NCBI GenBank assembly: GCA_963812135.1
Contig: CAWETU010000005.1
Location: forward strand, 96,001 to 160,000
Direction of reading: 5' to 3'
Source of the DNA: Vulcanimicrobiota bacterium
GTDB lineage: Bacteria; Vulcanimicrobiota; Vulcanimicrobiia; Eremiobacterales; Eremiobacteraceae
DNA length: 64,000 bases
Shown here: positions 59,601-64,000 of the stretch, one piece after another
Position numbering within the stretch: the stretch's first letter is position 1
Layout of the letters: each line of letters starts with the position of its first letter
Position numbers and translations under genes: made by a program
Notes under the pieces: generated by a model
Seen by the model: the letters and a program-made list of their open reading frames with translations, nothing else
What the model was told of the DNA's origin: nothing
Databases searched by the model: none

Positions 59601-59818
59601 CCGATGAGCGCGTAGAATCCGTTGCCCCCGCTCACCGTCTTGGCGGTGCCGGAGGGCGCGGACGCCGAAACCTGAACACCGGCAAGCGGATGGCCCTGGG
59701 CATCGCTCGCGACGCCGTTGATGGCGCCCGTCGTGCCCGCAGTCGCGGGCGCGACGAGTGCGACGGCAGCGATGCAAAACACAAAAGCGACGAAACATAT
59801 GCGGATCTGCTGACGCAT
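56612..59818 (-). CDS. TonB-dependent receptor with N-terminal carboxypeptidase-regulatory-like domain
   Basis: Signal peptide, GTTGAING...PLAGVQV, plug SLPGVT/IRAG/SGVINEVVKRG, barrel GLRYD, SPRIA, terminal FFISMKY; GGGGAG RBS before ATG 59818. Confidence 0.88.
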   Translation of the reverse strand: MRQQIRICFVAFVFCIAAVALVAPATAGTTGAINGVASDAQGHPLAGVQVSASAPSGTAKTVSGGNGFYALIGLPLDTYIITFTKAGYQTNSVPGVTVTQDQPRRIDVVLQTGPRSLGTVTVRSAQSLVQPATTASSYTVNQRTLQDINGTPQDLNGFQAFNSLPGVTTDYAGYPVIRAGAENDLGYQLDGIDNTDPVTGQFLNAATLNGARSVQLATGGYDVATGNTNSGVINEVVKRGSYPGAGQATFRLGWHQYDHEISMDYGSGTPDNRFSYYLSFGGQRGATDYGDTNTLLPLTLGFQNNATLNDIIGNFFYRWGSDNRNEIQVLSNLSGSTLGFETLINPAQAPYASLNGNVQAGTNDLGFPCDPTPCLSLSTFDPLFPGQASVNQFINSVDTQTFNSTIDKLNYKRQFSPSSFGDLTLFRTSENLISSYPYDFGSFTDTYQDLNTVGLGVQFDYDNQISSHHEIGFGATDTYYSSLFKAAFPSFASIVEPLEGIGCPQLLATSNPGSGVGGCYIGPLNAQLNNLLGTTLPTSGPNAPLNTYPDSTSYSDSPIHRYDVYVKDRWQPNDKLTVTYGLRYDLEVIGLPADAVAQNVSYFTDDAGNIVELPGQALGSDVTRPSQLSPRIAVAFQLTARDVVRASYGTNIEFVPLSAVQDSYRLDPSLKNCTIASGCFVPLPGYSPTCVNGVDPANANANCNSFSNLYQQVLADLNTNNFQSFTPVTPQHAINYDFSYEHDFGRGLDLKITPYYRRGTNYVVTNSNFLFNLPSGTPVFGPLRSINAGINSNTGVEFAIQKQATFGFSGFFNATYDNTLANYNSDFFPSVNNAALAAGHLFHVSYVSPLTANLILAYDSRQGFHASVDMPFNDGYPYGVGKKTFVFVTCGQVPTCTGDPTATIPYQVLNTDLAATTSQQAYYFTDPANPGTMLAPNIVASRGTPEGDDPGSLRSPPVLLVNMSVSQDLGHGPNNFTVGVRVFNLTGNYTAPPTLGSGLSSGGSNPYYVPNGLGGYGPSSGVNTNACPPGVVNAFACEPFQNNYGPHPYENEAFGPPRQFTFFISMKY

Positions 59819-60048
59819 GCTGCGGCTCCCCCTACGAACAGGCGTGTGCCGCCAAGTTGACCACGCTGTCATGCGCTTCCTTGGCACGCGCGCGGCGTCG
59901 ACGCGATGCCGTAACATCGCTCTCATATTTCGATGATGGATTTTATCCATTCGGCGAGTCGCTGTTCCAGAGCCACCCGCTCCGAATGTTATGCGTTGAC
60001 CCCTGGCCTCGCCATCGAGGCGAACCGCCGCGTCGAGACTAACCTTCG

Positions 60049-60711
60049 GTGGTGAGCGATACACGTGCGCCCTTGAAACACGCGGATCCCGATCATACGG
60101 TCCGGCGCCTTGAGGCGTTCAGCGACATCGTCATCGCGTTCACACTCTCGGAGCTCGCGTTCACCTTGCAGATCCCGCACAGCACGCGCGATCTATTCGC
60201 ACACCCCGCCCATGTCTTGGTGTTTCTAGGGAGTTTCGTTTTCGTCTGCTCGTTCTGGTGGCTGCACCATCAGGTGTTCGCGCGCTTCTTCTATCCCGAC
60301 ACGCCTGGCATTCTGCTCAACTTCGCGTTTCTCGCCGCGGTGGTATTCGTCGCATATTCGATGCTGCTCGTGACGAAGGTCGGCGATCTGCAGGCGCTTG
60401 GGGTCTACGCGCTGAGTCTTGGAAGCGCGTATGTCCTCATCTCCATCCTTTTTGTGAAGGGAGCGCGCGATCCGCGCCTGGTTATCGATGAGGAGGCGCG
60501 CAGGTCGGGGATGGAGCGGGCGTTGCGGCTCGGCGTCGGGGGCACCGTGATGCTGGCCTCGTTCGCGCTCGTGTTGCTTGGCCGAACACAGGAGGAAGTC
60601 ACTGGCCTGTGGCTGCTCTCTGTCGCGCTGATCATCTTCTTAGCCGCGCGAGACCGAATCGCTCGTCGCCGGCGCGAGCGAGCGATGGTCCAACCGACGA
60701 CCGGTGCGTAG
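60049..60711 (+). CDS. TMEM175/DUF1211 family putative K+ channel
   Basis: RRLEAFSDIVIAF (RxxxFSD), SFWWLHH, about 6 TM. Confidence 0.88.
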   Translation: MVSDTRAPLKHADPDHTVRRLEAFSDIVIAFTLSELAFTLQIPHSTRDLFAHPAHVLVFLGSFVFVCSFWWLHHQVFARFFYPDTPGILLNFAFLAAVVFVAYSMLLVTKVGDLQALGVYALSLGSAYVLISILFVKGARDPRLVIDEEARRSGMERALRLGVGGTVMLASFALVLLGRTQEEVTGLWLLSVALIIFLAARDRIARRRRERAMVQPTTGA

Positions 60712-60714
60712 GCT

Positions 60715-61224
60715 CTAGGCGCTCGCGGTTTTGGGCGCCCGGCGCACGATCAGTGTGAGCAGTGCACCCGCGACAACCACCGCGAAAACGATCCATGCGA
60801 CGTTCGCCTCTGAAAGAACCGCCAGCGGTGCGATCGCGTCGAGCGAATACGCGCCGTAACCGGCAGCCGCAATCGCCAACGAGGCCGAGATGTTCGCGAG
60901 GTTGTACTCGTAGCCGCCGTTGGTCATCCAGAAGCCCTTGCTGATATGGACCGTGAAGATCGCGACGATCATCACAGCCACGATCAGGGCCGGGCCGACC
61001 GGGTTGAGCCAGCCGAGCAACACCAGCGCCCCGCCGCCGAACTCACCCAGGCCTGAGACGAACGCCCAAAAGACTCCCGGTTTCATCCCAAGGCCTTCGT
61101 AAAAGCCTCCGGTGCCTTTGAGTCCGTATCCGCCAAACCAACCGAAGAGTTTCTGTGCGCCGTGCGCGATGAAAATCCAGCCGAGCAGCACGCGCGCGAT
61201 CAAGAGAACGATGCTTGTAATCAT
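60715..61224 (-). CDS. DoxX family membrane protein
   Basis: HGAQKLFGWFGG, EFGGG, VH...GGYEY, GAYSLD. Confidence 0.92.
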   Translation of the reverse strand: MITSIVLLIARVLLGWIFIAHGAQKLFGWFGGYGLKGTGGFYEGLGMKPGVFWAFVSGLGEFGGGALVLLGWLNPVGPALIVAVMIVAIFTVHISKGFWMTNGGYEYNLANISASLAIAAAGYGAYSLDAIAPLAVLSEANVAWIVFAVVVAGALLTLIVRRAPKTASA

Positions 61225-61231
61225 GGCTTCG

Positions 61232-61260
61232 ATTATAGTAAGCCATGAGCTAAATTGGAA
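61232..61260 (-). promoter_or_regulatory. Sigma70-type promoter for a probably leaderless doxX mRNA
   Basis: Minus strand TTCCAA-N17-TATAAT-N7-ATG; no SD. Confidence 0.6.
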
Positions 61261-61330
61261 GTACTAACTTTTCTGTCATCCACTAGCATTTGTGAAACTT
61301 ACTTAAAGGTAACCACCTTAGCTGCCGCTC

Positions 61331-62242
61331 TCAGCGAGCGCCGCGCCCGTGGCACTGGCTGCTCCCGTGGTCCGAAAACGAGTAGCCCGTGATGGGAATG
61401 AACTCCCAGTCATAACCATGCTTGTGCAAGGTCAAGAACATCACGCCGAACGTGCCCGACGCGCGCGCCTCGCTGTTCTTGTCAACCCGAAGGAAGAATG
61501 TGTGGCTACGCCCACCAGTGCCGACGACGAACTCTCGGACGCCCAATCGCGGGTCGGCATCGCCCATCGGCGTCTGCAACGCGTACCGTTCGTAATCATG
61601 ATCGTGACCGCCGAGCACGATGTCGGCATGCGCGGCGTACAGATCGTTCCAGAACGGCACGTAACCGCGATCGTCATGATGGAAGCCAGACGAAAAACGC
61701 GGTTGGTGCCAATACGCGAGCGTGCACCCCTGATGATCGGCTGCGAGATCGGAACGGAGCCACGTCTCCTGCCGCGATCCTGCACCGCAGCCGCCGACGA
61801 AATCGCAGTTGCCGTTGAGAGAGATCATGTGCCAGCCGGCAAGATCGAAGCTGTAGTATCCTCTTGATGGGTCGCCGGCGACCGCTCCGAAGTAGGTGAA
61901 ATAACCGTCCGCGTGCGGCCCCGAATAATATTCGTGGTTGCCGGGCGTGGGGCGCGTGATCGCTTTGAGGTGACCCCACGTTTTCGCGTAGCCTTGCTGG
62001 AACGCGACGAGCGCGCCATCTTCATACTGCTCGTCGCCGAGCGTGAGCACGGCGGCCAGTTTGCGATGCGCGACCAGCGCGTAGGTCTGGCTCGCCGAGC
62101 AGCCGCCAAGGATGTCCTCGATGTCGTGGACGCGCGTCGGCCGGGGATCGCACACGAGGTCGCCGACGGTCGCGATCACCGGATCTGGCGGCGGCGATGG
62201 CTTGGCCGTCGCGATGGCAAGCGACACCACGAGAGCGAGCAT
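61331..62242 (-). CDS. Exported calcineurin-like metallophosphoesterase
   Basis: VGD, LGDEQY, PGNHEY, YWHQP, GHDHDYER, VVGTGG. Confidence 0.9.
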   Translation of the reverse strand: MLALVVSLAIATAKPSPPPDPVIATVGDLVCDPRPTRVHDIEDILGGCSASQTYALVAHRKLAAVLTLGDEQYEDGALVAFQQGYAKTWGHLKAITRPTPGNHEYYSGPHADGYFTYFGAVAGDPSRGYYSFDLAGWHMISLNGNCDFVGGCGAGSRQETWLRSDLAADHQGCTLAYWHQPRFSSGFHHDDRGYVPFWNDLYAAHADIVLGGHDHDYERYALQTPMGDADPRLGVREFVVGTGGRSHTFFLRVDKNSEARASGTFGVMFLTLHKHGYDWEFIPITGYSFSDHGSSQCHGRGAR

Positions 62243-62275
62243 GCGCTGGGGTTCAGCGCCGCCCTCGCGCGGTCC

Positions 62276-63577
62276 CTACCGTTTACGCAACCGATTGGCG
62301 AGGAAGAGCGCGACCAGCGTGACGCCGAGCCAGTACGGCGCGAACGCGACGAGGACGAGCAGCACCGACACCACGCCGAGCGTGTAGTTTCTGACCTTCT
62401 GCAGCGCGGCTTTCCAGGCGTCGTTGATCTGCGTGCCCATGCTGGGCTCAGCGGTCGCGACCGGCTGTTCGTCTTCGATGCCGATCGTGATGGTGGAATA
62501 CGCCACGCGATGCTCGAGCGATTGCAATTGGCCGTCGAGTTGCTCGATCTGCTCGCGCACCTGCGCGATCTGCTGCGTCACTTCAAGCACGTCGGGGATC
62601 TTGCCGGCGCGATCGAGGATGCGCAGCATGTCGGTTTCGGTGCGGCGCAGATTGCGCAGCCGTGCGCGGGCGTCGACGATCTGATCGGAGACGTTCTCAG
62701 CGCCGATCGTGCGTGACTGCACCGCGCCGAGCTTGCCGAGCGCTTCCATCGTTTGCTCAAAGCGGTCGGCCGGGACGGCGAGCTGCACGTCCGCCGTATG
62801 CCGGACGCCGGGCTGCGACGGAGTCTCGTCGTTGAGCGAGATCACGTCGCCGAATTGCACCTGCGCCAGCGCGTTGAGCTGCGCGAGCGCGCGCTCGACG
62901 TCTGGCACGATCAGATCGATGGTGCCGGTGCGGATGAGCTGCGGCCGCTGTCCGGCGGGCTGCACCGGCGTCGAGTTGAGTTTGAGGAGAGGAGCGGTTT
63001 GGCTCATTTCTCGAGCCATCGGAGCGGGGGCGGGAGCGGGACCACCGGCAGCGGCCGGCGCCGCGTTCTCAACGACACTGGTCGCCGAGCGCGTGGTCAC
63101 CGTGCCGAACGTCTTCGTCGGCTGGTTCACCGTGTAGGTGTCGGCCGTCGTACCGGGCGTGATCTCGGTCTGCGCTTGAGGTTTGACCTCATTGACCGCA
63201 GCGATCCGCCCTCCGACGCCGCCGAACGTCAAACGGACTGCGACGAACACGAGCGCGATCGCCAGCGCGGCCGGGACCAGTGCGGCGATCTTGCCGGGCG
63301 CCGACAGCTGCTGCCACCATTGGCGCAGCGAGAACGCCTGCTTAGATGTAGGAACTGATTCGAGGCGCGCGAGCGTCCGGCTCATCAACGACTCGGATGG
63401 GCCGGGCGCGTCCTGGTCGATCTCGTGCATCGCGGCATGGATGCGCTGCAGCTCGGCGAGGTCTGCGGCGCACAGCGGGCAGGACGCGAGCTCGGCCTCG
63501 ACCGCGGCGCGCTCGTGCGGCGGCAACGTGCCGTTGACGTACCACGGGAGCAATTCGGCGATAGTTTCGTGATTCAT
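62276..63577 (-). CDS. Anti-sigma factor: zf-HC2-like N-terminus, TM, DUF4349 domain
   Basis: ELLPWYVNGTL...CPLC, TM helix, LIRTGTIDL, VPADRF, ENVSDQIVDARARL, IEQLDGQL..L..RVAYSTITI; ATGA overlap with the sigma gene. Confidence 0.85.
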   Translation of the reverse strand: MNHETIAELLPWYVNGTLPPHERAAVEAELASCPLCAADLAELQRIHAAMHEIDQDAPGPSESLMSRTLARLESVPTSKQAFSLRQWWQQLSAPGKIAALVPAALAIALVFVAVRLTFGGVGGRIAAVNEVKPQAQTEITPGTTADTYTVNQPTKTFGTVTTRSATSVVENAAPAAAGGPAPAPAPMAREMSQTAPLLKLNSTPVQPAGQRPQLIRTGTIDLIVPDVERALAQLNALAQVQFGDVISLNDETPSQPGVRHTADVQLAVPADRFEQTMEALGKLGAVQSRTIGAENVSDQIVDARARLRNLRRTETDMLRILDRAGKIPDVLEVTQQIAQVREQIEQLDGQLQSLEHRVAYSTITIGIEDEQPVATAEPSMGTQINDAWKAALQKVRNYTLGVVSVLLVLVAFAPYWLGVTLVALFLANRLRKR

Positions 63578-64000
63578 GACATCTCTCTCCGAACGCCCCT
63601 GCGCTCGAAGATCCGGCGCAGCTGTTGTTTCGCATAGAACACTCTGGTCTTCACGGTGTTGACGGGGCAGCCGACGATCGCCGCGATCTCCGCCTGCGAG
63701 CATCCGTTGGTGAATGTGAGTTCGAGGACCGCGCGGTGTTCGGGCGTCAATTCGCCGAGCGCGTCTGCGAGGCCGCGGCGGAAACTATCCGCGAGCGCGA
63801 CCGCTTCGGGGCCGGGGCTCGCGTCTTCCACGCCGGCGAGCTCGCGCAACTCGATGTGCTCGGGTGTGCGCCGGCGCAATGCGTCGATCGCTTTGTGGTG
63901 GGCGATCCCGAAGATCCATGTCGAGACTTTCGACTGCCCGCGAAAACGGGAGGCGCCCTTCCAGACGTCGAGCATCGTGTCGCCGGTCAGCTCCTCGGCG
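63574..64000 (-). CDS. ECF sigma-70 factor (5' end outside the window)
   Basis: FRGQSKVSTWIFGIAHHKAID (region 2), EIAAIVGCPVNTVKTRVFYA (region 4). Confidence 0.93.
   Translation of the reverse strand, partial: AEELTGDTMLDVWKGASRFRGQSKVSTWIFGIAHHKAIDALRRRTPEHIELRELAGVEDASPGPEAVALADSFRRGLADALGELTPEHRAVLELTFTNGCSQAEIAAIVGCPVNTVKTRVFYAKQQLRRIFERRGVRREMS

Overview
A 64 kb, high-GC, gene-dense bacterial chromosomal segment. Gene style suggests a soil diderm such as Eremiobacterota/Vulcanimicrobiota, but this is inference only. I see no rRNA, tRNA, CRISPR array or transposase. In order it holds: a Usp/ADH/P1B-ATPase/Pat/MgtA block; a Cyc2-like monoheme cytochrome-porin with a soluble CuA cupredoxin next to a ba3-type oxidase (including a 39-aa subunit IIa missing from the ORF track); housekeeping genes (ridA, fpg-like, glnA, phosphomannomutase, nagA); the MoxR/DUF58/DUF4350/DUF4129/SpoIIM/RDD cluster; a split 4-hydroxybenzoyl-CoA-reductase-like molybdoenzyme; a desaturase and cfa; a TonB-dependent receptor; and an ECF sigma/anti-sigma pair. 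The main discovery is a split-borosin RiPP locus (49985-56025). It has an 86-aa SonA-like precursor with a Pro-rich core and an OphMA/SonM-like backbone N-methyltransferase, apparently co-transcribed with a large AAA+/LuxR regulator and divergent from an exported S9 peptidase. Other notable signals: an anti-sigma factor carrying a permuted copy of the nearby receptor's TonB-box/plug-start segment, the possible Cyc2-CuA-ba3 electron-uptake chain, and an AT-rich gene inserted with duplication of its host gene's 5' end. Six single-base frameshifts in conserved genes are probably assembly errors. All family assignments come from motif recognition, not database searches.
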